From: a virus
Length of the DNA stretch: 43,067 nt
Virus record (IMG/VR): IMGVR_UViG_3300045988_098493
Location: 1 to 43,067 of that record
Reading direction: 5' to 3' (one strand)
Part shown: positions 9,610 through 18,250 of the stretch, one piece after another
How the letters are laid out: every line of letters starts with the position of its first letter
Position numbering within the stretch: position 1 is the first letter of the stretch
Made by a program: the position numbers and the translations under genes
The notes under the pieces: generated by a model
Database searches by the model: none
What the model saw: the letters and a program-made list of their open reading frames with translations, nothing else
What the model was told of the DNA's origin: nothing

Positions 9610-9986
9610 CCCCCTTCCACATGAAAATGCGGCAGCAGCGGCTCGCGGTCATCGGAGACAGCGGCCACCGTGCAGCAGAGGTGCGTTTTTTCCAGTGCGG
9701 CGAACTCGGTTTCGGTCAGGGTATGCACCGCACCGAAGATGAGCTTGCCGCCCCGCTTGAGGGTCCAGTGCTGGGCCTTTTCGGCGGCGGGCAGCTGTGC
9801 CCACTGGGGATAGGGCAGATAGCCCGCAGCGGGCGGCAGACGGACGTGCACCACCCGCTGCGGGTCGCCGCTGGACGTGTCCTGCTTCTCGCGCCAGCTG
9901 CACCCGGCCAGAACATGGCAGATCTGCTGGTCCGTCTCGGTCTGGATGTCGTGGATGAGGTTGACCACGGTGACGTCTCCGCGCAT
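9606..9986 (-). CDS. Head-closure-type neck protein
   Basis: I prefer the ATG at 9986, which overlaps the upstream TGA by 1 nt; the track begins at a GTG at 9995. 126 aa. The call rests on position only. Confidence 0.5.
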   Translation of the reverse strand: MRGDVTVVNLIHDIQTETDQQICHVLAGCSWREKQDTSSGDPQRVVHVRLPPAAGYLPYPQWAQLPAAEKAQHWTLKRGGKLIFGAVHTLTETEFAALEKTHLCCTVAAVSDDREPLLPHFHVEGG

Positions 9987-10369
9987 CAATAACACCCCCG
10001 ATACAGCAGCCCGTGCGGGTCGCTGCCCAGCGCTTCGGCAAGGAGCTGCTGGGCTTCGGCGGCAGTCCGCTCGGCCAGTGCGCCGTCCGCGAAGGTGACC
10101 GCGAAGCCGTCGTTGCTGACGCTGGACACGCCGGGTGCATAGCCGGTTGCAGCGGTCATGGCGTTGGTCTGAGCCAACACCCCGATGATCTGCACACAGG
10201 CATCCGCGAGGTCCGTCGCACAGCGCTCACACTTTGCGGCGTGGGCTTCGGCACGGCCAAAGGTGTGCCGGTCGATGAGCTTCGACGCCCGCTTGCACAG
10301 CGGCGCAAAGGCCGCTTCGTCCAGCGTGCCGCCGCTGGCGTGGTACTGGTCATAGGTGCAGTAGAGCAT
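9986..10369 (-). CDS. Head-tail connector/adaptor protein
   Basis: Internal ATG at 10369 gives a 127-aa product, MLYCTYDQYHASGGTLDEAAF.... The upstream part of the 198-aa track ORF overlaps the capsid gene and is R/S/P-rich. It lies directly after the capsid gene. Confidence 0.55.
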   Translation of the reverse strand: MLYCTYDQYHASGGTLDEAAFAPLCKRASKLIDRHTFGRAEAHAAKCERCATDLADACVQIIGVLAQTNAMTAATGYAPGVSSVSNDGFAVTFADGALAERTAAEAQQLLAEALGSDPHGLLYRGCY

Positions 10370-10373
10370 GAGA

Positions 10374-11192
10374 TCACGCTTTCTTCTTGATGAGGATGGT
10401 CTTGGGCTTGGTGACCTTGTGCGCATAGACCTTGCGGCCCTGCACAGCAGACGCGCCAATGAAGTCGCCGGAACCGCCGAGGTCCTGCAGGTGGACCGGA
10501 ACGGCCCACTCTTCGACGCGGGTGAACCAGTTCGGATGGCCCGCAATGTACTCCACATTTTCGCCGAGGGTGGAATCCTCATAGACGGTGAAGCCCGCGA
10601 TCCGGCCCACAGCGCCGGTCTGGACCACAGCGTCGCCGAGGTCAGATGCCTTGATGAACTCGGGGGACTTCAGCAGCAGACCGTAGGTGTCGGGGGAGAC
10701 CAGCAGCCAGCGGCCATCCGTGGGAACATGGACGGTGGAAAGCTGGGTGCGGGCGTCCACGATGTTGGCATAGATGGTCTTTTCGGTCAGCGCGGTGGTG
10801 CTGCCGAAAGCCGTGCCCGCCGTGGTCAGCTCGACAGAACCGTCCGTGTCCATCTGCAGAGCCAGCGAGTAACCGGCGCTGTCCAGACGGTCGGCCACCA
10901 GATGGCCGGGGACGCTCTCAGCGTCGAAGCCGTCGATGACCTCATTGACAGCCTTGTCCTTGTCGATGTTCACGGTGAGCAGGGTGGTGTCGCCGCCGGT
11001 CTGCTTTGCGCCCTTCTGCTTGTCGTAGTCGTTCACGACGACTTCGGTATCGCGGACAGGGACCTTGACCGCGCCCGCCTTCGGGCTGCCCTCATAGCGG
11101 TTGTTGCAGATAACGCCGACTTTCTTGACCAGCGTTGCCCGCAGCTTGATGTCTACGATGTCGGAGTAACGGACTCGAGATTCGTGTGCCAT
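10374..11192 (-). CDS. Major capsid protein of the siphovirus module (272 aa)
   Basis: Follows the GP20-type scaffold gene. Its size matches TP901-1-type major head proteins. No Prp-type N-terminal motif. Confidence 0.8.
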   Translation of the reverse strand: MAHESRVRYSDIVDIKLRATLVKKVGVICNNRYEGSPKAGAVKVPVRDTEVVVNDYDKQKGAKQTGGDTTLLTVNIDKDKAVNEVIDGFDAESVPGHLVADRLDSAGYSLALQMDTDGSVELTTAGTAFGSTTALTEKTIYANIVDARTQLSTVHVPTDGRWLLVSPDTYGLLLKSPEFIKASDLGDAVVQTGAVGRIAGFTVYEDSTLGENVEYIAGHPNWFTRVEEWAVPVHLQDLGGSGDFIGASAVQGRKVYAHKVTKPKTILIKKKA

Positions 11193-11207
11193 AAAATTTC
11201 CTTTCTG

Positions 11208-11762
11208 TTATTCGATCTTGATGCCGGGGTTCATCTTCTGGAACGCGGACATGACAGGATCAGCGGCGTCACCGGTCAGCGGGTCGCCATGCTCTGCGCC
11301 GGTGGAGTAAGTGCCGGCGCCCTGCGCGGCATCACCGAACGCCCACGGATTTGCCTTTGCGGCATCGTCCAGCGCCTTCGCGATGTCGGTGGAACGGTCC
11401 TTGGAGCCTTTGAGTGCGTCGAGGTCCAGCAGAGCACGGACGGCTTTGACGCTCCGGCCCTTTTTGCCGAGAATGGCAACATCCAGCGCGTTGTCAAAGG
11501 CGGACGTTTCGGCCTGAGACTGCATGTCGGCTTTCAGCTTGGTCAGCTCGGCTTCATATTCCTCCGGGCTTTTCTTGCCGTCGAACTTTGCAAGGCCGTC
11601 CTGCGCGGTCTTGAGCTGGGCTTTCGTGCTGTCCAGCTCGGTCTGCAAGGCGGCGGAAGCGGTCTTTTCGCGGTTGATGTCCGCGCCGTTCTCGCTCATC
11701 AGCCAGTTCAGTTGCTCATCGGTGATGCCGGGGATATGATTCTTCACATCTTCACGTTTCAT
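11208..11762 (-). CDS. Scaffolding protein (Phage_GP20-like)
   Basis: 184-aa acidic, coiled-coil-rich protein (MKREDVKNHIPGITDEQLNWLMSENGADINREKTASAALQTELDSTKAQLK) directly upstream of the capsid gene. Confidence 0.75.
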   Translation of the reverse strand: MKREDVKNHIPGITDEQLNWLMSENGADINREKTASAALQTELDSTKAQLKTAQDGLAKFDGKKSPEEYEAELTKLKADMQSQAETSAFDNALDVAILGKKGRSVKAVRALLDLDALKGSKDRSTDIAKALDDAAKANPWAFGDAAQGAGTYSTGAEHGDPLTGDAADPVMSAFQKMNPGIKIE

Positions 11763-11895
11763 GGTGGATAAACTCCTTTCGGTTCATAGGACCACAGTTT
11801 TTTACGCTGTTCTCTGTCAGCTTCGGTCTTGGGCGAGGATACGCGCCGCCCGCCGCGTGGTGTCCGCTCCGTCCTCGCGCGGGCAAAGTGGGCAT

Positions 11896-11922
11896 GAAAA
11901 AAGCGCCCCTGCCCGGCTGGGC
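11896..11922 (-). terminator. Possible intrinsic terminator after the MuF / Cys-rich gene pair
   Basis: The minus strand reads GCCCAGCCGGGC (GCCC/GGGC stem), then AGGGGCGCTTTTTTC. The stem is short, so confidence is modest. Confidence 0.4.
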
Positions 11923-11946
11923 AAAGACGCTTGCGATATTTGGTTG

Positions 11947-12150
11947 TTAGTAATCACGGAAGGGACAGGCTTCACAAATCTGCTTCCAGTCGGGCTTTAC
12001 CTTGAATCGGGCAGGGATGCAGCGGTCAATGACTCCCTGATTGGACTGACAATCGCCGGGTTCAATCCAGTCCTCTACCAGAGGACACTTGACACTTTCT
12101 GCTGTACCGGTTTTGTCCGGCCTGTACTCTACATTATCTAAGAATGCCAT
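11947..12150 (-). CDS. Small Cys-rich protein (67 aa), possible zinc-binding
   Basis: MAFLDNVEYRPDKTGTAESVKCPLVEDWIEPGDCQSNQGVIDRCIPARFKVKPDWKQICEACPFRDY has 5 Cys including CxxC. GAGGAG lies upstream. Its start overlaps the 3' end of the MuF gene by 17 nt. Confidence 0.6.
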   Translation of the reverse strand: MAFLDNVEYRPDKTGTAESVKCPLVEDWIEPGDCQSNQGVIDRCIPARFKVKPDWKQICEACPFRDY

Positions 12151-13675
12151 TCTTTTTCATCTCCTCAATCAAGGCAGTAGTATTTTCATCAAATTCATCA
12201 CGACTGTATGTAGTGCGAATCTCGTGCTTTATTGTATTTACATAGGCAGCGCCTTCTGAGCCATAATACCGTTCAAATTGTCCGTTCCAGACCGAGACAG
12301 AAATCCTTGCATCCCGGATATATTGTTTTGCTTGTGATTCACTAACGTGGTGCTCTCGCTCGGCATTGATGTGAGTATCATCAAAGGTCAAGGTGTCAGT
12401 ATTGATTTTTGCAGGTTCAAGATGAATCACAGCGGCTTTTGGCAGTTTTGCGGCAGAACGAAGGTTTTCTATAATTATAGCATCTTTTTGCCGTTTTTCA
12501 TAGTCCTTCGCCGCCCACGCTGCCTTCCCGCTGGCGCTCCTGCCGAACCCTGCCACGCTGACGCGGGCACTGTCCACTCTGCCGCCGGTCTTGGCGGCGA
12601 AATCGGCCAGCTCGGCCCGGGCGGCGCGAAGCTTCACGGCGCTGTCGGTGGCGTCCACGCCCGCTTCCGTCTCGGCCAGATACCGGCGCTTGTACTTGCG
12701 GACGGTGCGCTCTCTGGCCCGCTGCATCTGAGATATCTCATACTGGGTGTATTTGCCGCCGTTGTATTCGATGTCCCGGGCATTCAGGGCGTCAAGGCTC
12801 TCCTGCGTCCATGTGGGCGCGGGGCCAAGCTCCGGAAATACCGCGAAAAAGGTGTGGCGGCAGTTCCAGCCGCAGAGTCCTGCGCCGGTTCCATAGCCGG
12901 TGGAGGACTCAAAATCCTCATAGTGCTGGCCGAGGTAGTCCACAGCCCCGCCTCGGTGGTAGGTCTTGCCCTGCCAGACTGCATGGGTGGGACGTGCGCC
13001 GCCGTGAGCCGTCACAGAGAAAAACTCCACGCCCATCTCGTCGGCGCGGGCCACCTGCAGCTTGGCGGCGGTCTGGTTCACGCCGGTCAGCACCGCGCGG
13101 CGGCAAGCCACTTCCAGCGTGTCCTTGTGGCCGGTGGGGTAGGTGATGTATTTCATGCCGTCCGCTAGGCTGTCCACGGCGCTCTTGACGGCACTTTTGT
13201 AGTCGAACGCACCCGTGCTCACCTTGAGCTGTGCGCGGTCCAGAGCGGCTTCGAATTGGCCGCTGACGGTGTTTGCTGTCGTGCCGGTCAGGTTCCGGAA
13301 CGTTCCCGCTGTCTGCTGATAGCCCGCATTGAGCAGGGCTTGCAGCGCGGCGTTGTCCTCGAAAGGCGTCGGCTCCATGTCGTAGTGGTAGTAGATCGCA
13401 TCCTCGGCTTCCAGCGCACGGGTGGCCGCTTCCTGCATCAGCTGCCGGATGGCGGCTTCGCTCTTGCCGGTATAGCGGGCCAGCTTTTTTACAACGTCCT
13501 GCCGGAGGGCTTCGGTCTGCTGATACCGCCACAACTGCCAGTTGGCCGTCTCGGTCAGCGTCTCCATCTTTGAGATGCGCCGCGCCACGTCCCGCAGGAT
13601 GTCGTCCTCGACCTGCTGCCACAAGAGCGTCAGGGCATCCGGTGCGTGTTCCAGATAGCTCGGCGACAGCATCAT
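12134..13675 (-). CDS. Head morphogenesis protein (SPP1 gp7 / Mu F-like) with an extra C-terminal domain
   Basis: 513 aa. The N-terminal ~380 aa look gp7/MuF-like and lie directly after the portal gene. The last ~130 aa are encoded by a visibly AT-richer segment (about 12134-12500). Confidence 0.85.
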   Translation of the reverse strand: MMLSPSYLEHAPDALTLLWQQVEDDILRDVARRISKMETLTETANWQLWRYQQTEALRQDVVKKLARYTGKSEAAIRQLMQEAATRALEAEDAIYYHYDMEPTPFEDNAALQALLNAGYQQTAGTFRNLTGTTANTVSGQFEAALDRAQLKVSTGAFDYKSAVKSAVDSLADGMKYITYPTGHKDTLEVACRRAVLTGVNQTAAKLQVARADEMGVEFFSVTAHGGARPTHAVWQGKTYHRGGAVDYLGQHYEDFESSTGYGTGAGLCGWNCRHTFFAVFPELGPAPTWTQESLDALNARDIEYNGGKYTQYEISQMQRARERTVRKYKRRYLAETEAGVDATDSAVKLRAARAELADFAAKTGGRVDSARVSVAGFGRSASGKAAWAAKDYEKRQKDAIIIENLRSAAKLPKAAVIHLEPAKINTDTLTFDDTHINAEREHHVSESQAKQYIRDARISVSVWNGQFERYYGSEGAAYVNTIKHEIRTTYSRDEFDENTTALIEEMKKNGILR

Positions 13676-15159
13676 GCACCCCCGAAGCTCAGTTCAGGCT
13701 GTTGGTTCTCGGTGCGGGCTTCGTCGGCCAGCTTGTGGGCTTCCTCTTCGCTCACACCGTACCGGGCGGCGAGGTATTTGTAACGGGGCAGCAGACCGCT
13801 GAGGGCATCGTCCCGCATCTGCGCCATCCGCGTTTCGGCGTCGGAGATATAGCTGTCGTCCCAGTCCACCGAAATGGCCGTTTCGGGGTCCACATCGGCG
13901 TTCAGAAGGTTCTTTGCGGCCCAGAGGATGGCTTTCATGATGCCGATCAGCGCCGCTTCAATGGGTGTCTGATTCTTGTTGGCGCTCTGCACGAGGTCCT
14001 GCCGGGAACCGTTGTATTCGGAAGCAGTCGTCACATTGCCCAGCTCGAATTTGTAGCGGTGGAAGCCCAGTCCGCACTTGAAGCTGAACAGGTCGAGCAT
14101 ATCCTGCACGGCTTTGTGGTTGGCGTCCACCCGGAGGTCAGGATTGTACTCATGGTATTCGTTCGGCTGGTCCAGACTTCCTTCCTTTCCGGGCAGGGTC
14201 ACGAACTGGCTGACCACATCGTCATCGGGCGGGATGGGGCGCTCGACGCCGTCCTTGTCCATGACCTTGCGGCAGATGTCGGTGCTGTAGAAGATCTTCT
14301 TGTGTCCGAGTCGAAGATCCTCACGGTAGTTGTCAAAGGCAAGGTCAAGGCCCTGCGCTTCGTCCAGCGCTTCGGCAAAGACACTCATGCCCAGCCCTGC
14401 GCCGCCGTCGATGTTCTTGACCGCCGCCGGGGAGAAGAGCGCAAACCACGGCGGTGAGTTTTCCACCGTGATGGTCTCCAACGTCGGGTCCGGGGCGGGG
14501 AGCTTGGCAAAGTCCGGGATGCCGCTGGCGGAATCAGTCACCGAGAACCATTCGTTCCGGATGGTGCGGCGCTTTTCGTCGCCGGTGTGGGTCTGCAGAT
14601 AGACAGCGGGTTTGCCTTCATACAGGCACTCGGAAACAAAGGCGGCTTCCTTCACGACGCCATGCTCCATCTTCAGGGGCAGGATGAAGGGCGCGGGGTC
14701 ATAGTCCAGTTCGATGCGGGCATCCGGCTGGGCTTGCAGCTGTCCGTCTACGCCCTTGATGCCCTTGACGCTGAGGACGAACGCCCCTGTGCCGGACCAG
14801 TAAGCCTGTTCGACCAGCTTGTTGGCGTTGGTCCAGAACTGCAGCTGGCGAAGCAGCCCGCCCACCTGCTGTTCGTCTTTGCCCAGCAGGTAAGCGGCGG
14901 TCTTTTCGTCGCCGATCTGAAAGGTGGTCCGGTCATTCAGGAGCAGGTTGGCCCAGTCCTCGCAGATCCGCTTCGGCATCCGCAGGGACGCAATCTTCCG
15001 GGTGCGCTTTCCGGCGGCATACTCTGCCGAACGGGTGTGGATGCCGGGAACGCTGCCCTTCCACCACTGACGCCATGTCTCGATATAGCCGTAATAATCC
15101 GCGTCCAGCGAGTAGCCGCGCGTTTTGTTCAGGTAGCCCAGAAATGCAGAGATGTTCAT
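13672..15159 (-). CDS. Portal protein (SPP1 gp6-like)
   Basis: 495 aa. The N-terminus, ...YIETWRQWWKGSVPGIHTRSAEYAAGKRTRKIASLRMPKRICEDWANLLLND, is typical of gp6-type portals. ATGA overlap with terL. Confidence 0.9.
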   Translation of the reverse strand: MNISAFLGYLNKTRGYSLDADYYGYIETWRQWWKGSVPGIHTRSAEYAAGKRTRKIASLRMPKRICEDWANLLLNDRTTFQIGDEKTAAYLLGKDEQQVGGLLRQLQFWTNANKLVEQAYWSGTGAFVLSVKGIKGVDGQLQAQPDARIELDYDPAPFILPLKMEHGVVKEAAFVSECLYEGKPAVYLQTHTGDEKRRTIRNEWFSVTDSASGIPDFAKLPAPDPTLETITVENSPPWFALFSPAAVKNIDGGAGLGMSVFAEALDEAQGLDLAFDNYREDLRLGHKKIFYSTDICRKVMDKDGVERPIPPDDDVVSQFVTLPGKEGSLDQPNEYHEYNPDLRVDANHKAVQDMLDLFSFKCGLGFHRYKFELGNVTTASEYNGSRQDLVQSANKNQTPIEAALIGIMKAILWAAKNLLNADVDPETAISVDWDDSYISDAETRMAQMRDDALSGLLPRYKYLAARYGVSEEEAHKLADEARTENQQPELSFGGA

Positions 15160-16412
15160 GTGTTCGTCAGCCTCTTAAAGTCGCGTTCGATGGTGTATTC
15201 GTAGGCGTCCAGTGTGTCGATGTCGGTGGTCCCGTCATCCAAGCGCTCATCCACGCCGGGGTGCTTGCCGCTGTAAAGCGCCGTTGCAAGAGCATCCCGC
15301 AGGGTGGCCGCAGCGGGCATCAGCCAGAACCGCCCGCCGCCCATCAGGATGCAAGTCAGGCGGATGCGGTCATTGATGCGGATCTTGGCGCTGTTCTCCA
15401 CCCGGTCCGCCAGCCAGCCGAGTCTGCACCGCCGCAGACGGGACCGGAGATGGTTGATAAGGGTCTGCTCGGCAGAATCACAGAAGATGTATTGAATCTC
15501 GCCGTAAGCCGCAAAGATGGAAAGGCAGAAGTCGATGAGTTTGTCGGCCAGATAGTCGGCATCCTGCGCCACAGGGTCTACTCGGACCGATGCCAGCCCC
15601 ACAACGCCGGAATATCCGGGCAGGATGCCCGTGGCGACAAATGCGTGCTTGGAGCCGTTGCCGCCGAAGTCCACGCCGACGCGGACGCGCCACAAGGGCA
15701 GCTTTTTGTCTGCGGGCCAGAAAAAGCGCCCATCCCCGGCGGCGATGCTGTCCGCCAGAAGCCGGTAAATCACGCCGTTGGCCGCGGCCCACTGACCGAG
15801 GATGAAGCGGTTATAGTAGACCGTGCCCGCGTACTCCTTTTTCAGGTCGGCCACGAACTGCGGCGGAAGGGTTGGATTGTCGTCGATGGTGTACGCCTGA
15901 CAATAGATGTCGGCATCCGAATCGAGAAACTTCTTGAACCAGTGCTGGGGATTGTCCGGGTTGCAGGTCCCATCGAAATGGGAATGCGGGCAGGACAGGC
16001 GGCTTTTGAGCATCTGGAACACGCCTTCGTCCCATGTGGTGATCTCGTCGCCGTAGACATACTCAAAGGCCGCGCCCTGAATCTTGGAGATGTGCTTTTT
16101 GTTGTCTGCGCCCAGCACATAGACCCTGTGCCCGAACAGCTGCACGACATTGCCGGACGCAGCAGTTCTGATCTGGCCCACGAGGTCTGCGCCCCAGAGG
16201 TCCCGCATCGGGGAGAGGACGTTTCGTTCCAGCGTGCCGAGGGTGTTGCCCATCAGCACGAGCAGCCCTTCGCCTTTGGCCGCGCAGATGCGCTTCGGGA
16301 TGGTGACGGCGCAGTCGAGAAAGGTCTTGCCGGAACGGGTCGCCCCGGTCTTGACGTTCCAGCGGTGGGAACAGTTGTGCAGGTATTCCTGCTGGAACTC
16401 AGTCAATGGCAC
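15156..16412 (-). CDS. terL: Terminase large subunit (PBSX/Terminase_3-like)
   Basis: 418 aa. Walker A motif in KTGATRSGKTF. It lies between terS and the portal gene and overlaps terS by 14 nt. Confidence 0.92.
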   Translation of the reverse strand: MPLTEFQQEYLHNCSHRWNVKTGATRSGKTFLDCAVTIPKRICAAKGEGLLVLMGNTLGTLERNVLSPMRDLWGADLVGQIRTAASGNVVQLFGHRVYVLGADNKKHISKIQGAAFEYVYGDEITTWDEGVFQMLKSRLSCPHSHFDGTCNPDNPQHWFKKFLDSDADIYCQAYTIDDNPTLPPQFVADLKKEYAGTVYYNRFILGQWAAANGVIYRLLADSIAAGDGRFFWPADKKLPLWRVRVGVDFGGNGSKHAFVATGILPGYSGVVGLASVRVDPVAQDADYLADKLIDFCLSIFAAYGEIQYIFCDSAEQTLINHLRSRLRRCRLGWLADRVENSAKIRINDRIRLTCILMGGGRFWLMPAAATLRDALATALYSGKHPGVDERLDDGTTDIDTLDAYEYTIERDFKRLTNT

Positions 16413-16893
16413 TGTCTACATCTCCCAGAAGCTTGCGGGCCGCGTCCAGAGCATCGGCGGCGGCAGAGTCCGTCCCGCTGAACACGCCCAGATGTTTGCC
16501 CAGAAGCTCCAAAGCCTTGAGCTTGTCCGCCAGCTTGACTTCGCGCTCCAGCCCATCTTCGCCAAAGGTTTTGACCTTGATGGACTGCACAACGGCGAGG
16601 TCGTCCCGAGAGGCATCCAGCTTGACCGATGCCGTTTCCGAGTCGATCAGGTCGCCCGCGTTGACGAATGCGATCTTCGCCAGCTCCCGGACCACGCGGT
16701 CAGCGGAAACGCCGGTGCGGCGGCTCTGTTCGGCCTGAAGCTGGGCGATGCGGTTTTGAACTCCAACATTCTCCAACAATCGCGGCCCCACGGTCTTGGC
16801 GCTTGCTACGGAATATCCGGCGCGGATGGCCGCTTGGGTCGCGTTCAAATCGACCATGTACTCTTCGCAGAACCGCTCCTGCTTGTCGGTCAT
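16399..16893 (-). CDS. terS: Terminase small subunit (Terminase_2-like)
   Basis: ATG at 16893 with GGTGGTGAGG upstream gives a 164-aa product. MTDKQERFCEEYMVDLNATQAAIRAGYS is the classic N-terminal HTH motif of this TerS family. Confidence 0.85.
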   Translation of the reverse strand: MTDKQERFCEEYMVDLNATQAAIRAGYSVASAKTVGPRLLENVGVQNRIAQLQAEQSRRTGVSADRVVRELAKIAFVNAGDLIDSETASVKLDASRDDLAVVQSIKVKTFGEDGLEREVKLADKLKALELLGKHLGVFSGTDSAAADALDAARKLLGDVDSAID

Positions 16894-16921
16894 CCTCACC
16901 ACCTCTCTTGTCGTCAGGGTG

Positions 16922-16954
16922 CAAAAAAGCCGCCCGGGAGGACCCGAACGGCGG
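16922..16954 (-). terminator. Intrinsic terminator-like hairpin ~30 nt upstream of the terS start (T2)
   Basis: The minus strand reads CCGCC(GTT)CGGG-TCCT-CCCGGGCGG followed by CTTTTTTG. Confidence 0.6.
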
Positions 16955-16961
16955 AAGGGTA

Positions 16962-16988
16962 TAAAAAATCCCCGCATGTTGCCATGCG
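16962..16988 (-). terminator. Intrinsic terminator-like hairpin in the terS leader (T1)
   Basis: The minus strand reads CGCATG-GCAA-CATGCG followed by GGGATTTTTTAT. Confidence 0.5.
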
Positions 16989-17156
16989 AGGAAAAGAAGC
17001 TTTGAAGCAGCCCCGGGAAATGCAAGAAGGAGAAAAATGCTGTTAAGCTACAAAAGGTCCAAAGGAGCAATTCATCATGACGGGGGTACAACTCGGGGGC
17101 TGCTGAGACAGAGAAAACGGAAGAGAAGGCCCGTTCCTCTAATCATCCATGATACT

Positions 17157-17166
17157 ATTTTACCAC
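17157..17166 (-). promoter_or_regulatory. Candidate extended -10 promoter element for the late operon leader
   Basis: The minus strand reads TGGTAAAAT (TGn + TAAAAT) in an AT-rich stretch just downstream of the regulator gene stop. No good -35 element was seen. Confidence 0.3.
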
Positions 17167-17194
17167 AGATGACAGTGATGTATAGTGATTTGTT

Positions 17195-17611
17195 TTACAA
17201 ATTCATCCGTTCTACAGCGTTGCGGTGACGGGTAAAGACCCAGCGCAGAGAAAAGTGCGTGTCCTCTGCGATTTTGTCCCACTTCATATTCTCCAAGTAA
17301 CGCTGGTGCAGAATGACATAATCCATGTCATCAGAAATGTTGTCACGGTCCTGCAGGGCGTCAAGAATCTCTCCATAGATCCGGATGGCAAGCTCATGCT
17401 GGGCGTTGAATTCCTGCTGTAGGGCTTCCGCGCGCTCGACAGCCCGGGCGATGGACTGCCCGTCGCCGCTGCCGCCGGGGACAGCGCTCAGAGACTGCGT
17501 TGTGTGTCGAGCGGCTTCCCGGGCTTCTGCCAGATCGTCGGCCAGCTTGCGTTCCTTCTTGTGCGCCGCACGATACCGATTCAACCAGAGCAGCTTTTCT
17601 TCATAGGTCAT
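17195..17611 (-). CDS. DUF1492-like / sigma-70 region-4-like phage transcriptional regulator (putative late activator)
   Basis: 138 aa. The N-terminus is coiled-coil and includes ...SLSAVPGGSGDG.... The C-terminus is HTH-like: ILHQRYLENMKWDKIAEDTHFSLRWVFTRHRNAVERM. It lies immediately upstream of terS, as is usual for this family. Confidence 0.7.
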   Translation of the reverse strand: MTYEEKLLWLNRYRAAHKKERKLADDLAEAREAARHTTQSLSAVPGGSGDGQSIARAVERAEALQQEFNAQHELAIRIYGEILDALQDRDNISDDMDYVILHQRYLENMKWDKIAEDTHFSLRWVFTRHRNAVERMNL

Positions 17612-18024
17612 TCCAGTTCCTCCACGCTCACAAACAACCCGCAGGGGTCAGACCAGAACTTCTCAACGATCTCGCTGCACACCTGAGCATCGTCGTGCCA
17701 GAAGTGCAGCCGGGTCATTTCGTCCTTGAGGGCCTTTTCAAGGTTGTCGGTGTCAGGCTTGCTGGTTCTCCACTGGCCGTCGGCGTGCTGGCCTTCGGTA
17801 GGAAACAGCCACTTGACGACCAGCCGCACCGGACGCCCGGCGGGGACCGGCTGTTTCGGGGCGTGGGGTGCAAGATAGGCGTGGAGCTTGGCGCGGGTCT
17901 GCTTCAGCTCGGGGCTGTCATGGAGCACGGCGCAGGGCTTGCCGCCTTTCATGTAGGCATGGAGCTGCTTGTCGTTGTGGGTCGTGGTAGGCGGTTTCAT
18001 GGGGATAAAAAATTGCAAGTGCAT
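17608..18024 (-). CDS. rusA: RusA-like Holliday junction resolvase
   Basis: ATG at 18024 with GAGGTG upstream gives a 138-aa product, MHLQFFIPMKPPTTTHNDKQ...KPDTDNLEKALKDEMT...DDAQV, which shows the RusA pattern. Confidence 0.8.
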   Translation of the reverse strand: MHLQFFIPMKPPTTTHNDKQLHAYMKGGKPCAVLHDSPELKQTRAKLHAYLAPHAPKQPVPAGRPVRLVVKWLFPTEGQHADGQWRTSKPDTDNLEKALKDEMTRLHFWHDDAQVCSEIVEKFWSDPCGLFVSVEELE

Positions 18025-18062
18025 TGTGTTCACCTCGTTTTTCTTTTTTGATTCAGGCCAAC

Positions 18063-18127
18063 GTGATGGGGAGGGCTTCCGGAGGGATGGGGGCTGTGTA
18101 CGCCCCATCCTCCGGGAACCCCATCAC
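18063..18127. repeat. Long imperfect inverted repeat (hairpin)
   Basis: GTGATGGGG...CCGGAGGGATGGGGG-CTGTGTA-CGCCCCATCCTCCGG...CCCCATCAC. The outer stem is 9 bp and the inner stem ~13 bp with one bulge. No U-tract follows on either strand. Confidence 0.75.
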
Positions 18128-18133
18128 AGTACG

Positions 18134-18250
18134 GATTGGATTATAGCTATTATATATAGGCTATTTTCCGATGCCGGATTCTGCAAAATAGCCGCTATTT
18201 TCCGAAATACGGAAGCTTTGACGGACGGATTATAGCCGCTATTTTACTGC
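18134..18250. repeat. Iteron-like direct repeats in an AT-rich spacer; candidate replication origin
   Basis: GGATTATAGC occurs twice. TAG(C)C(G)CTATTTT(CCGA) occurs three to four times. There is an ATTATATATA tract. The region lies directly downstream of the primase-helicase gene. Confidence 0.45.
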
